This document shows, piece after piece, positions 24,641 through 39,100 of a DNA stretch of 64,000 nucleotides. The position numbers were made by a program, and so were the translations under genes. The notes under the pieces are model-generated. The model had not been told where the DNA came from and did no database searches. It was given only the letters and a program-made list of their open reading frames with translations. This DNA is from Eremomyces bilateralis CBS 781.70 (taxonomy: Eukaryota): the NCBI GenBank assembly GCA_010015585.1, contig ML975149.1, one strand, 5' to 3'. Position 1 is the stretch's first letter; each line of letters begins with the position of its first letter.

Positions 24641-27279
24641 CATTCGAGTCAATATTTCTATCGGTGTGTAAGGGTAGCCTCGTTGTCATTAGCGTCTTGA
24701 CAAGCGCATCTGCATCATGGTCGCATGGAAAGGAGCGGCCACAGGCCCGCAAACAATAGACATACGGTCGCGGCGCTTTTGGTCTTTGGATATCATCATG
24801 GTCTAATATCAGTCCTTACAGTTGGTTTTGGCGTCTCGGGCATTTGCAGGAGGCGTGGATGAGGCGTACTGCTGTGACTTCAGGCTTAGTGGTTCGCTAC
24901 ATATACAGAATTGTGCCGCTGGCGGATTTCTTTGTTTGTAACCATGATGATATATGGTATCTTCTAGAATATATTCTATTATCCTCTTCAGCGACACGTT
25001 TTACGTATCACTGCATTCATCGCGGCGTCGACTATGCATTTCCCGATATACTTTCTTCTGCTCGTGAGCTCATGATTCGGAGCATTATTTCCAGGCATAG
25101 GGTGCTCTATCCTGTAACGGACGTCCCAATCAGGCAAGCGGGGTGAAGAACGAGGGGAGAAAGCTGGCTTATCCTTCATCGCCACCTTCCAAGGATCTGG
25201 AATAGGCAACTCGTCCAGAGCAAGGGCATCGATTTCGCTCAGCCGATCTCACCAGGGGCCGAAGTTACCCTTCCAGTTTCCACCAAGCCAATGATGGCGC
25301 TCATTAGGAATTGACCCAATGGCTTTCCTGAAAGACCAACTGCTCGATAGTACCATAGTGATCGGCGGTTGGTTCATGTCCGGTTTCGGGGTCTGCAGCG
25401 GGCGGTCTTATCCGTCCCGTCCTGCACATTACAGCCTTTCGTCCACCTTTGCTACCAATCACGGTACAAGGAAGGGCTCCGACTTGCTGTGGCATGCGGG
25501 TTAATAGTTGGTAGCTCGGCCGAAATCAAACCAGGTGCTGACTTGCACCATGCATGTGCAAGGGGGTGCATGTACGGCGATCCAACCAAGTGACGGGTCG
25601 TAACTCGTAAGTGAGGAAATTGGAATTTCGAGTTTCGCCCTTGTTTCTGATGACTGTGGCCCATTCATCGATACTTCTTCATGGGACTTGATCAATCATG
25701 ACACGAGGACGTTTGGCTTCGCAGCTTAGCTTCGTTGCGCTAAACTGATGCAGACGAGGTTGTGTACATAGTCAGGTAGCAGCAGGAAATACACTACTCT
25801 AATCATGCAAGACCCTGATCGGATGGCAGCCCCGTTCGACACTTGTCTGTCCTGCTTCGCAGATCCATGGTTGAAATGCATCCTTCAAGATGGTAGCGTG
25901 TGTCGGGTTCCATGACCAGCTCACACACCGGAAGCTGAATTATTTGGAGTTGATGTGTCTAATATCGACGAAATGCCCTTGAACTTACACTGTATACTCT
26001 GAATAATGAAGGATTCCGACTTCCAAGTTATAAATGTCGAAACAGCTCAACTGAACGAACCACAGGAAGTCCTGAAAAAACCATCATAATCGACGGAATA
26101 GGAAGTATTACTGCCTTTTTACGCCAACATTTATTGCTCATATCCCAGAATAGGATTCATTCAGGCAATGCAACGAACTCTTCTGGCAAAAGTACTCGCT
26201 CGTATGGGGAAGAATTTCTACACAAGCCGAAAATCCACTTGATATCAAACGTGACGTTCAATGGAGATTCCAATTGCGATGTTCCTCATATAGCGGACCT
26301 GAAAGTTTGAAGTTACTTGTCGTAAGCTTCTTCCTCGTCTAATACTCGAACGTCCATCTCTGACAGCGTAAGCGAGGAGTTAAGAAAAAAGGTCGTGACG
26401 AGTCGAATACATCCAAAACGCTCTCAGCCCTTCGCTGCAGTACGAAACAAGTAATAGTGAGCCCGTAAACGGCTTCCTCTGCAATGAAGGCTCTGATGCT
26501 ACCACCAAGTTAGGATGCCTTCTCCCAGGAAGCTTCTTTAAGCCACGCGACCGCACCACATTGTTGGTGATACGAAGGCCAAGAGGCTCTAGCACATACG
26601 TACAAGCCCCTACAGGCGCTGCTGTGCATGTGTGACTATCGTCGATCTGTAGGCTCATGTGCTCTGCGGTGGCTTTGCGATGGAATACAGCCATCTGTGG
26701 GGCATGTCAGCTGGCCATTTCACATTTCTTTAATTTGTAACCACGGTCGAGAGACAAGCCACTTGGCTCTTAGGAAAAGACCAGCAGGAGCACCGTCTTC
26801 TTGACGTGAAGCTGGTTCGCATAGCTTCTTGAGCAATAGCATTGTGATCCGAGTGGATTTCCAACTGGTGATCACCCTTGATGGCCGTAGCAGTTGAACG
26901 TTGGTGGGATTGGAGGCGACGTCGGATCTTCGTTTGCTGGAATCGATATAATTTCGAACCGATCTGAGGCGATGTAGGTGCTGTGCTTGGACAACATCAA
27001 CCAAGGTAATGATGTTACCTACCACGGTATGGAAGAGGGCAATGGTGCGTCCATGTTTTGCAAGCGACAGAGCATGAGGGATCCATGGCTGCTTGGATCA
27101 CCTCAGTGTCTCGCCTGTCACCATGAAGTTATCCAGCATCCAGATATCAACCTCCAGCCTCATCATGGGAGAACCGTAACTGGACGCTGCGCCGAACGGC
27201 CCCTAGGGTCTCCTAAAGCAATGACTTCTCAGACGGCTGCTCCAAGCGATGGAGGGACCCATCATGTCCGCCCCGGTGT

Positions 27280-28063
27280 TTAGCACACCGAATGTATCAA
27301 TGCCCAGAGAGTCATCAGAATCGATAAGGCAAGCATGCCAGATCCGTGGAAGGGTGAGTCTCTTCTAGATGTAATAGAGCTGACAATGAGGATCGTTCCG
27401 CACCTACTGGACGCTGTCGTTGGTAGATTAGGACCCGTGGCTGTCATAGTCGAACAATAAGGCCCGCCATATATCAGGGTGGCTGTGGATGTCGTCACTG
27501 CGACGAGGACTTCGCTCGTCGGTGTCATTGTAGAACTCTCGAGTTGCGTCATAGTCCTGGGTTGGGAAGCGACGATGACTGCCGTTGGATTTCGTTCTAT
27601 AGTGACCGTTTGCGTCACTACTTGCGGCGTTCCATTACATTGCGAGCCGGCCGGACAGCAGCCAATGCTGCTTTGCTGGCTGTTCATCCAAGAGCATGTA
27701 TAGCCTGAGGGGCAGCACCTGTTTGACTTGTTCAACATGGCTCTTCACAGTCGTGGCCACGCCACCGTACCAATTCCAAACATGGAGGTTTCCACAGACT
27801 TGCTGCGCATTCGCTGGACAAATGGAAGGTATACCAGACAACACCTGTCCATCAGCCGCAATGATATAGATCGCACCGGAGAACGGTGCATATATATTCT
27901 GCTGAGGATTCGGCTCTGGATCTGCTTCTGCTACCGGGAGCGGATTGGCAATTACTGCCCGGAGTTGGTGGAGAAGGAGGAAACACACCATGATACCAGC
28001 CAAGGAGGGTGTGCCAGACATAGCATCAGCTATAAATCGGAAAAATGAGGAGCAAGACGCCAT
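27280..28063 (-). CDS. Secreted, probably GPI-anchored Cys- and Thr-rich protein, 2 exons
   Basis: Hydrophobic N-terminus followed by ANPLPVAEADPEP; intron 27719-27770 gives C..C..WCCPSGYTC..GCCPAGSQC; Thr/Ser-rich stalk; hydrophobic C-terminus. Start ATG uncertain (several in frame). Confidence 0.8.
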
Positions 28064-28932
28064 TGTTGCAGAGATAGCATTAACAAAAAATGAAGATAAT
28101 CAAGAGATCAACTTCGATCGACGGTGCAGACTGGATTGCCGCAAGGCTGATATTAATTCCCCGCTTCCCCAATACCAAACTTAACGACATCAAGCTGCCC
28201 CAGTCTGAATCGCTGTATTCCATTTTGAGCTGCTGCATTGGCCGGGGAAACCTTAGACAGTAGGTCAGGAGGGCAGCGAGACAGAAAGCAGCCGACTGAT
28301 TAGGACGACGGGTCCAGGTTTACTGCATCTGAACCGGGACATGATAGAGCTGTCAGGTGCAGAATTGCAGAAATCGAAATATGATGGGATGTCCCGGATA
28401 TCCGGGTTCGCTATAATTGGTGGAGCCGAGTTGATACAACGAAATCTACAACATCCATCCTTCAGGATGGTCTTGTGACAAAATAATGGTGTGGTGAATT
28501 TGACCCAACCTTGCTCGCATTTAGATCTGTACGTTTGACTTGACAAGGAAACGAGACATAGAGAAGAGACACAGAGAAGAGACCCCAGAAATGAGACGCA
28601 AATAAGAGACATATATCTCTGACTTAATGTTGGATTTGGATTATTTGGAAACCGCGAATAGTTTGTCGGATTTCACGATACAAAACGAAGCTGAAGGAGG
28701 TAAAAGGAGGAGTGATCACGTGATAGCGCTCCGAGTGCGTGAAGCCCGAGATCCTCCTCGCGTCGCATCGTTGGTATCATCAGGATAACAAACACACCAA
28801 CACCAACACCGATGACCAAACGTACTTACCAAGCCCAATTTGAGCTTCCGTGAAGCGCAGTCCCACAGCCAAAACCCATCATGGTCTTATGGCGCCGCTT
28901 TTCGAACCCCTACTCATCGCGCTCGTTAGGAC

Positions 28933-29775
28933 ATGACGGCACCGCGTGGTTCGTCATGTCCGCTTTACCCAGCTTATTGCTTTCGTGATTCTCCCACACA
29001 TTTTTCTTGGGTCAAGTTGTCTGTTGCGGACATCCATCATCTCCGCGCCGTGTCCGGTTTTCAAGGTTTGTAAAGTAAAGCCGATGAACCACCCGAGCCA
29101 CCGCTGATACATGGAGGGCATACAGACCAAGCGGTATATTTCTACAACAACCACCCTGTTCAATTCGTCCGCGTCGTCGGCCTGGTCGTTGCGATTAGCG
29201 ACCCTGCGCCGAACCTCCTCCTGCTAACGATTGACGATGGATCTGGTGCAACGATTGAGGTGAAGATCCCTAACCGGATTCCTGCCACCGCAATCGGCGA
29301 GCCGAATGATTTGGAGAATGTGATGGTCGAACGTCCCCAGATGGGTGTCCCTCGCATTACGGTCGACTCGGTAGAACTGGATATTGGTACGGTCGTCAAG
29401 GTTAAATGCACTATCGATTGTTTTCGGCGTGTCAGGCAGTTGATATTGAAACGAATGAGCATTATTGGAACTACGGCGGAGGAAGTTGCCGCCTGGGATG
29501 AAATGTGTCTATACCGATCCCAAGTACTCGATCAACCATGGGTTGTCTCTTCTGAGCGACAAGCGAAGTTGGAACGTCGAGCTCGACACAAAGAACGACA
29601 ACGGATTCGGGAGCAGCTCCAGAATCGAGGTCAAAGGAACCCACTGGCCCCACGAGCTACAAACGGCTCCCTTGGCAAGAAGAGACCAGGTGAAACGACA
29701 TACGATGCTAGCCAGGAGAAGGAATGGAACCGTATGGAGGAAGCGGCGCAGTTGAATCAAGGCGCGCTAATATGA
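28933..29775 (+). CDS. STN1: CST complex subunit Stn1 (OB fold)
   Basis: LYPAYCFRDSPTHFSWVKL, then after one intron YFYNNHPVQFVRVVGLVVA, LTIDDGSGATIEV, IGTVVKVK..FR.VRQL.LKR. Confidence 0.85.
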
Positions 29776-30209
29776 GATTGAGACCAGGGCAGATTCTTTG
29801 GGGACTTGGAAGGTGGCAACTGGATGTATGTTATTATAGTCTAATGGGTTCAAGCCTTTTAAGGATGCAATAAGGATATAATCCCTAAAGCATGATTAAG
29901 TGGTGAAATAATTCGAAGGTAAGTAGCGTTTGAAGGACGCTTTGGGGTCTGGGGACTGTCCTCCCAAATTTTTTATGTGACTGGGGAACCACTTACAGCC
30001 AATCACAGCGCCTGAAGACCGACCAGGGCTCTCCAGAAATTTGATGCTTCAACTTCACCATGAAAAGCTCCAATATTAATGCTTCTTCCAGATTCAACCT
30101 TTTCGTATTGGCCAAGTGTGCGCTCTTGAAATCTTGCAATCAACTCAGGCGGATCAATTACTTGCCAACACCCATCTCTTGCGCTCACTGTTTTCCGAAA
30201 CGCTGCATC

Positions 30210-31214
30210 ATGTCTCAATCCCTCGTTGATGGACCACGGAGTCCTTCCAGCAAGAAGCGAAAGCCGGAGCGCGAGGCGCTACACGCCTCTCCGACAAAGA
30301 AACAGAGGAAGGAAAAGGAACGGTCCAAAAACATTGATGCGAAGTCAACATCGAATGGCGTGGGAAGCAATGCGGATCCCTCCTCTCACGCGGCATCCAG
30401 CGTCGCAATCACATCGCAAGAATCGACGACACAAATTCCCACCTCAACGGACTCCACCGACGAACCTTCCCCTCTCTGCATGGAAACCTATTCCATGTAT
30501 CTTCCCCTCGCCCCTATCTGCCAAACCCAGCCGCTAGACGCGATCTGCGCCGAACATTTGTCTCCCCTTCTCCTCGCCTATCACCATCGTATGAAAGCCG
30601 TGGTGCTCGCATACGAGAACGTTCGATTATCGGACGATGACGGGTCACAAGATGCCACGATACAGTCCAAAGCCGTCAATGAACAAGCATCAACGTTCGT
30701 CTGGGCCACGGCCGATTTTCTCCTCTTTCGTCCGAAGCGAGGGCAACAGTTGGAAGGTTGGATAACCCTCCAGAACGACAGCCACATTGGCCTGACGTGT
30801 TGGAACCTGATCAATGCGAGCATTGAGCGGAAGAGACTGCCAGAATCATGGACTTGGATCGATCATGTCCTTGTGGAGGGCGAGGATTTCTCTACGGTCC
30901 CTTCCATACCGAAGGGTAAGCACGGCTCCGGGCATTACATCGATGGCAAAGGACGGGAGCTGGGGGACACGTTATCGTTCACCGTGGCGGACTACGAGTA
31001 CCTATGGATGTCCGAAGCCGAGCGTGGTCTTCTCCGTATTGAAGGGACATTGTTGGATGACATTGGAGAAGAATCAGCTCGGGAAACAACCGGGAAGAGG
31101 AGAACACATGGGAAGGGGTCAAAAGCGGGCACAATAAAAAAGACGAGTGAGAATGGTCGGCGCATTGATATGAAACGGCGATCAATTCTCAAAGAGCGAC
31201 CTGCTGCAAGTTAA
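30210..31214 (+). CDS. RPA43: RNA polymerase I subunit A43
   Basis: SMYLPLAP, EHLSPLLLAYH, VVLAYENV, FVWATADFLLFRP, LEGWITLQNDSHIGL..WN..NASI, LRIEGTLL; intronless. Confidence 0.9.
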   Translation: MSQSLVDGPRSPSSKKRKPEREALHASPTKKQRKEKERSKNIDAKSTSNGVGSNADPSSHAASSVAITSQESTTQIPTSTDSTDEPSPLCMETYSMYLPLAPICQTQPLDAICAEHLSPLLLAYHHRMKAVVLAYENVRLSDDDGSQDATIQSKAVNEQASTFVWATADFLLFRPKRGQQLEGWITLQNDSHIGLTCWNLINASIERKRLPESWTWIDHVLVEGEDFSTVPSIPKGKHGSGHYIDGKGRELGDTLSFTVADYEYLWMSEAERGLLRIEGTLLDDIGEESARETTGKRRTHGKGSKAGTIKKTSENGRRIDMKRRSILKERPAAS

Positions 31215-31696
31215 AGGCCCCCAGGCATCCGCATTCCAAACAGCATTGCTTCCTCTTAGCAATCCGAAGCCTACTTTCTCCAGTCCTCTTCGAATTTCCT
31301 TTGCTAGGAAGTGAAATGGTACAGTCAGTTGAGGTAGAGTACGGCAGCGGACCATGCACCCCTCAATTGACCAGACCAACAACTTACATCACATGATGAA
31401 TCAGGCAGCAAACATTTCATGTCACGTGTTCAGGCTGCAACAGCCTCACTCATACCTCACTCATCTATCCATGATGTGCTTGGAACTGCCTATCACTCTT
31501 CGTGCAACCCTCAACTGCAGCTTTGCTTGACATCCAACTGGAAGCACTGCAGCGCAGTACCGTGATGGTCCAATCCGTTTTACCAGGACGGAAAACTTCA
31601 GTCTAAGTTCCAAACACTCCAACTGTTATGCCATCAAGAGACCTGGTGCCAACTTAGCAGGACCTCGTTTCCTGAGTATGACCAATTTCACTCCTT

Positions 31697-33878
31697 ATGC
31701 CTGGCTACTTCTTTCACATTGCTTTGGAACTCTATGAAACCAACGCTCCAGAGCTCCCGTGCAAATCTGATGCGACCGTCTTCGTTCCTCCTCCGACCAC
31801 CGATATCTTCGATTCTTCACTGCCCATGCATGGTGTGGACTCGTGGACCGCCAGGCCAAGCTTAGAGAGGAACCGAATACAGATCGGTGGAGATAATTTC
31901 GGAACACCCTCCGACACAGAACCGCTAGAACCGAGCACTCGAATCGAATCCACACCACACTCTTCTGTTAGCCACCATCCAGCGGACGTTGAGGGATTAG
32001 CAAACGCCAAGAAAGATTGGAGGTTTGGCCCGGTCACAATACAGAGCATCGAGATGGAGCCCTTGGAGGACCGAGGGGGCCGTCTACGAGGCAAGTCATT
32101 CGCAAATGCCGGCGAGTCTGCCTCGGACGGCCTATCAACCCGTGGCCGCTACGTGCCGTCGAATGGAAAAGACACCGATGTCGGCTGGGGAATTGTGCAT
32201 TTGTACAGGGAGTCCCAGGCAACCTCAGGCCTTGACAGCAAGGACGCAGCAACCGCTCACACGATAGCCCAGAATGCGAAAACCGAAGGGGAAGCAGGCG
32301 CTTCGTTCGATGCGGAGACATGCACCACATTATGCATAGTAGCAGTGCCGTCATACATGACTCCCTCCGATCTTCTGGGTTATCTTGGGGAGGAAACACG
32401 CGACGCGGTCAGTCAGTTTCGGCTGATTAAGACAGGACGAGCAAACAAATATATGGTCCTCATGAAGTTCCGTCATCCCAAGATCGCAAAGCGGTGGCAG
32501 CGGGAATGGAATGGAAAGGCGTTCAACAGTATGGATGTAAGCATAGCCACTCCCATTCACAGCCTAGCACTAATCCCTACTTGTAGCCGGAGACATGTCA
32601 CGTCGTATTCGTCAAGTCAATCAATTTCCAGACGCCGGGGACCGGTCGAGGACCGTCAAGCTTTCCCACGATGACCGATGACCCCTTCACCCCAACCGCC
32701 GATTCGAAGCCGACCGCGCCGCTACCCTCTGGCGCGAATTCTAGCTCGCTTATCTCGAAGCCGTTGCCGCCACCGACACCATCTCTGGTCGAGCTCCCGA
32801 CTTGTCCGGTCTGTTTGGAGCGCATGGACGAGACTTCCGGACTGTTGACGATTCTCTGCCAACATGTCTTCCATTGCGCATGCCTGGAGAAGTGGAGGGG
32901 AAGTGGCTGTCCGGTTTGTCGGTATACTCAAAACGATGCGGTTAACGGTCGCATGATCGGTGATGCATCAGACAATCAATGTAGCGTTTGTGGATCAACC
33001 TCGAACCTTTGGATATGGTCGGTGCCTCGTACTTTCCGCTCGAAGCGTTGCTAACGGCTACTAGTTTGATATGCGGAAACGTCGGCTGCGGCCGATACGA
33101 CTCGGCTCACGCGTTCGCGCATTACGAAGCGACATCGCACAGCTTTGCTATGGATATTGCGTCCCAGCACGTCTGGGACTATGTGGGCGACGGCTATGTT
33201 CACCGACTGGTCCAAAACAAGGCCGATGGGAAACTGGTGGACTTGCCTGCTGCATACCCCCACACGTCGGCCCATGCAAACGGAGGCATGGTGGCCATGG
33301 GCGCAGATACGGTTCCTCGGGAGAAGCTTGACAATATGGGCCTCGAATACACGTACCTATTGACAAGTCAGCTCGACAGTCAACGACTTTACTTTGAGGA
33401 ACAGCTGGAACGTGCAGTTGACAAAGCTTCGAAGGCGGCAGCGGCAGCGGAAAAGGCAGATGCAGCAGTCCAATCCCTGTCAGAAAAGCTGGCTGCGGTG
33501 ACCGTAGCTGGTGACGAGGATCGCAAGGCTATCGGAAGTTTGGAGAAAGAAGGGCTGCGCATGTCGAAACGAGTGGAGAAAGGAGATGCCCTAGCCAGAC
33601 GCTTTGAGAAGGACTGGAATGAAGAGAAGACGATGAACAAAGCCTTGTTTGAGAAAGTGAAGTTCCTGGATCATCGAATGAAGGATGTCACAGAGAAATG
33701 TGAGAAGCTGGAGGCGGAGAAAAAGGATCTTGAGGAACAGAATCGGGACCTCAGTTTCTTCATCAGCTCGTCAGAGAAACTTAGGCACGAGGGAGTGGAG
33801 GAGGATGTCAAAGAGGGGTTTCTTGAGGTGCCTGCTACACAACAAGGGGGTGGGAAGCGGAAAGGTAGAAAGCATTGA
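31697..33878 (+). CDS. ETP1: BRAP2/ETP1-like RING and UBP zinc-finger E3 ligase
   Basis: BRAP2 domain (NKYMVLMKF, NGKAFNSM.PETC), RING ELPTCPVCLERMD..CQHVFHCAC..CPVC, ZnF-UBP LWICLICGNVGCGRY..VWDYVGDGYVHRL, C-terminal coiled coil; two introns. Confidence 0.93.
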
Positions 33879-34748
33879 ACGATGCGATGGGGATACTTGC
33901 ATTATTGGCGCCTGATGGACTCGTTTGTTCCGGCAAAGGCGATGAACGTTATACCCCAGCATTTTCGAGGAGTATGAGTTGGGGTCTGCATATATTCAAT
34001 GGTATCAACCGACCTAGAGCACGCTACTATCAACAGTGAGAGTCCAATAGATATTGTCTGATAAATCCCCATTCTAGGCATTTGAATCTCGTGAACCAAT
34101 AATATTACGTAGTTTATTTCGGCTTCGTAAGCCAACCACAGAGTGCAATTAAATACCAATTTCAGCCAATCACCAGAAATATTAATGAAGGCATCCAATA
34201 AGAAGCCGTCTATAAATACATTATAAACCAATCCATAACTAGAAATATCCATGTGGGTGGATCAATTATGTCTGCTTCGAAGTTCCCGTAAATATTCTAT
34301 ACCAAGTTCCATACGGTACTCATGCCACTCAATTCGGTCTGAGTAGTAGTGATTAGGTCCGCTGAGATGGTCTTCAAATTCAGCGAGCAAGTTTGAAATT
34401 CATCCGTGGAGCAATGTGCTAACTGGATGGAAACCGAGCAGATCAGAATTGAGGCACCGCTTAGAAGTTCTACTGGCTGTGAAGGGTAGTTTCATGAATA
34501 TCTCGGGGTACTATGTGTACATACAGGATAATCGTTGCACAGGATACCGTAATAGGATGGGATTAGGGCCCCATGACATTAAGCGCCGCAACATTATTCT
34601 CGTTCTGATATCCTCTCATTACCGGCGTGAATCATACGAACACCATGAGTTTAACAATAAACGAAGCGCCTGCCCTGAATTACCCCTTTCATCAACGCCA
34701 TGTGAAAGCCTGCATTCGGATTCTGAAAGGAAACTCCGAATCTCGATC

Positions 34749-35174
34749 CTATAACGCCAGCGCAATGCCGGCGATGGCGAAGACGGCTCCGAGGATCGAA
34801 GAGGATCCATAGCTAGCCGCGCTCCCGTCAACGGTACTAGGATCCGCGCTCGGGGTTGCCGTGTTGCCGCCTCTGCCAGTCGTAGTGCCCGGACCGACGA
34901 CACTCGTCCGCGTCACAATACCCGTCTGACTCGTCTGGCTCGTTGCCGAGGAGGAGGAGTTGGAGAAGATCGGGGACGATGAAACGGGGGGGCCGGAGCT
35001 ACTTGGAGACGATGATGCTGGGGTGGAGAGAGTTGGGGATGTGCTGATGTTGTTCGGCGATGAAGGAGACGGGATAGGATCGATGGGGAGGATGGAGAAG
35101 GTGCCCTCCGATGTAGTGCCTTGTGCCAGAACGGCAGGGAGGGTTGCGAGGATGGTGGCGATAAAGAAGCGCAT
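34749..35174 (-). CDS. Small Ser/Thr-rich GPI-anchored cell-surface protein
   Basis: Signal peptide MRFFIATILATLPAVLAQ, Ser/Thr/Pro-rich body, GSAASYG omega-like region and hydrophobic tail ILGAVFAIAGIALAL. Confidence 0.85.
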   Translation of the reverse strand: MRFFIATILATLPAVLAQGTTSEGTFSILPIDPIPSPSSPNNISTSPTLSTPASSSPSSSGPPVSSSPIFSNSSSSATSQTSQTGIVTRTSVVGPGTTTGRGGNTATPSADPSTVDGSAASYGSSSILGAVFAIAGIALAL

Positions 35175-36123
35175 TGTGAATTCGAGATCAGCCCAATAGG
35201 ATGTGTCTAGACGGCAGAGGACAATGTAGGATGATCAACGATGCTAGGATTCTCGGAGGAGGTAAGGGAGGAATATGGTGTGTTGTTTAGTGGAAACAGG
35301 AATGAAGGTTCAATGGATAGAAGAAGAATCGAGGCGGAAACGGAAGAAGGGATCGGGAAGTTATATGAACGCTGCGGAATATCGAATGGCAAGTTTGTGT
35401 TGCACATCCACACGGAATCGACCAAAATAAATCAACATCAATACGGAAGGTGGCGCAGGGGGATTGAGGTGACGAACCCGGACATTAGATAGACCAGACT
35501 ACTGAACCCAGTCGAATCGACTATCCATACTCCGTAGAGGCTAGAGGCGTATCTAACTAACAGTTTTCACTGGATGAAGCCAGCGGAGAGGAGGCTGGGC
35601 TGGTTCTCAACGGTTTCGGTTGCGATCTTCGTTTCCGATCTCTCCCCGCCACTACGAGTCTGCCAGCACTATCCCGCCACATGTGTGTCGTAATGGTCTA
35701 CTGGAGGTCCGAAGCGGCAAAATACTCAAACACAAAGAACCATCAACCATGCAATGCGTCTTTGTTGGCCAGTCAATGTCCTCTTCATGTTCCGCTCTGG
35801 TATGCGACTCGCCGGAGGGGTTGGGTTGCTAGGGACACAAATGCACTCCCAGCCAACCAGATATCGGAGCGTGAGGCCCTACTTCCAATATGACGCGTCA
35901 CAAAGGCCAACCCCACCTCTCCATTCTACAGCATTAAACAAGCACAGGCTGCAGTATCCGTACTCCATATACATATTTGTTGGTCTGTCCCCTGTGAAGG
36001 GTCCTGAACATAGGCGGACCCCGATATGGAACAGAAGGTCAATATTTGTACCGTTCGGTAGAGGCGCCTATTCTATTCTGTTGTGGTGTACAACTCTATT
36101 ATACCGTCATGGAGCCAAAGCCT

Positions 36124-39100
36124 TCACGAGAAGTCAACCTTCCATCCCTTGGTAATATAAAGACCAGGGTCCTTCACCACAGCCCAGGCAGCCTTGCCAC
36201 CCTGCCCAGAGTGGAATTGGAGCTCGCTGCGTTGTCGGCTGCCGCTCTCCTTCTCTCCCTCTTCGGAGATAATCACCGATTCCTTGTTTTTCCAATCGCT
36301 GGGGGCACCAACGACCACAATGCGTTCAACACGCACATGAGACATGGATTTCAAGTACGATGCAGTCTTCGAACCCCGATCCGAAATGTCCTCCGAGGTG
36401 AGTAACCCTGTCGATGCCTCGTACCTGAACGTTCTGTGGATATGGGCGCCTTGTTGGTAGTCAAACGTCTCTCCGTCATCCAGGTAGAGCGACCCTTCAG
36501 CATCTCCCGATTTTCCGAGCACAACAACCAGAGTAATGGGATCGAACTTCATCAAGCCGCTGCTGCGCCTCGGTCGATCGCGTCGAGGGATGATGTGTCC
36601 TCCTTGCATCAACAGTGGGATCTTCTCCAACGGCGCCGGGACCGTCTTATAGCCTTTTCCTGAATAGATGGCATAGTCAAAATAGTCGTAGTATGTTTCA
36701 TCATCGCCAAGGTATATGTCCACGCTCTCCGCTCCTTCCGTGACGACCGGCTTGGCCAGCAGTCCGGTACTGCCGAGATACAGCTGGTCATCAATGGCAA
36801 ATCCGTTTTCGTCGCTAGGATGCACGAAGAAGTTGGGGCGGACAATGGGAGTCCCCGCGACGCTGGCTTCGCGAAAAGCGGTATACCATGCCGGCAACAA
36901 TGAATAACGTAACCGCAGCGCCTGCGCCATGATCTCGGTGTACGGAGAACCGGCGACATATGGTTCACGACGGCGGGTATCAATGTGGGCATGGGCTATG
37001 ACACGGTTAGCCTCCTATGTGAACCGTGGTGATTTTGCATACCTCTGAAAAATGGATAAAAGGCACCGGCCTGATACCATCGAGTCAATAGCTCCTTGCT
37101 CGGATTACCGAAAAAGCCACCCACATCTGCGCCAGCAAAAGGATATCCCGAGATTCCGTTGTTTAGGGTCATCGGGATTGACGCAGCAAGGTGACCCCAA
37201 TGTGCCTGGTTGTCTCCAGTCCACATGGGTCCAACTCGTTGAGATCCAGCGGAGAAAGCGCGAGTCAAGACGAACGGACGTCGAACTTCGCCTTTCTTCC
37301 GCTCCAGAAGTGCCTCGTAGGTAGCATTGTGGAACGTTAAGCCGTTGATGTTGTGGACATCACGATGCTCCCAATTGCCGTGATGCAGATTGTCCTTCGG
37401 CATCGTCGTTTCCGGGCCGTTAAAGACCGATGGTTCGTTCATGTCGTTCCAGATGAACGTGTTTGGAGACGATCCTACGAACTTGTCGTACTTGAAGAGT
37501 CCCTTCCACCATGAAATCGCGGCCGGGTTGAAGCAGTCGACCCAATGTGACGAGCCTGGCCAGCACCACCCCTCATAGATATTGCCATCCTTATTGTTCA
37601 CCGCCAGCTGTTTCTTCTTGAGATCATCGACCACCGGGTAACTGTCCACATTCTTGATGTGCGGGTCGATAATCGCCACCAGCTTTCGATCGTGCTTGTC
37701 GAGGTGGGATGTCATTTTCTGCGGGTTCGGGAACGTCATCGGATCGAAGGTGAAATACTTCTTCTCATGAGTATACTCAATGTCCAACCAAAGGACGTCG
37801 AACGGGATATTGTGCTTGTCGAACTTTCGAGCCACATCCATCACATCCTCATCGCTCACGTAATTCCACCGGCATTGGTGATATCCGATGGCGAACGATT
37901 GCGGAAGTTGAGAGTAGCCCGTCAATTCGGAATAGGCCTGCACCACCTTCTGTGGGCTGGGTCCAAGGAACACAAATACATCGAGGAGGCCGCTTTCGGA
38001 GAACCAATGCGTCTGGGTGGTGGTGGTGGATTTGACTCCGAGTGCAAGTGGGTTGACGGCCGGGCGAGACTTGACGATATCGACCCACGTCTCGGCGGCA
38101 TTGAGCCAGAAGACCCCAACGGTCGAGTCTTTCCGATGTGCTTGCATGAACGGGATCGCTCCATAGAGCGTCATAGGGCTGTCCAGCTCGTATTCGAAGA
38201 CGTCGGAATTGTACATGCGGTACGGTTCTTTGTAGTTGCCATCCCCTCCTCGAGTCTGTTTTAGGGACATGGAGCTAGCATGTTCGGGGATGCCGTAGAC
38301 ATGTTCATATCCGCTGAACGTGATGTCAAGTCCAACGCTTTCCGGGCCTCTGGGTTTAGAATCGGTGTTCCCGCCAAAGGATTCATCCCACCACGTACTC
38401 TCATCCTCGGGCGGGACCGCAGGGTCGGCCTCAGCCGCCGAGCTCTCCCCTTCTGGAGGAGCCTCTTGTTTGGTTCGCCAGTGTTCGACGTTCATCAACC
38501 CGCGGCTATTGAACAAGATATGTGATGTCCCATCTCGACGGAAGTCCAACGAGAAGGGGGCGTGGGTGATGATGGCCTCGAATTTCCCTTCGGGGCCAAA
38601 ATGGACTTTCGTTGCGCCGTGCTGAATATCGCTACTCAAAGCCGCTCCTTTATTCGGGGTCAACCCGCCAGTGATGGTCCATCTCTCCGCTTCATTATAC
38701 CTCTCCTTCCTCGCCTTGCTACCATGTCGTAGCACAATGTCTCCTTTCTGGCGTTTCTCTTCATCAATAGTAACGCGAGCAGTTCCGGACTCGAGGAATG
38801 TGACCGTGAGTGGAAGTCGGACCGAGTCTCCTGTTCTCGAGATGGTCTTGACCACGGTACCCGTCAATTGGCCATTCGAGAGGGAGATGGTGGCCGGATC
38901 TAGGTTGTATGGCGAATCCCAATTCGAGGACGCTTCGGCGGTGTCCGCATATGCTCGATTACGTTTGCAAAAGCCGGATTGATCGCAAGTTTTGAAGTTC
39001 TCGTGCTTCACCGTTACTGTGTCCTGTCAGCAATGATGACAGCCCATAAGGACCGAAGCACCTACAGACGGGAGTAAAGCAATAGAAAAGAAGGACAATA

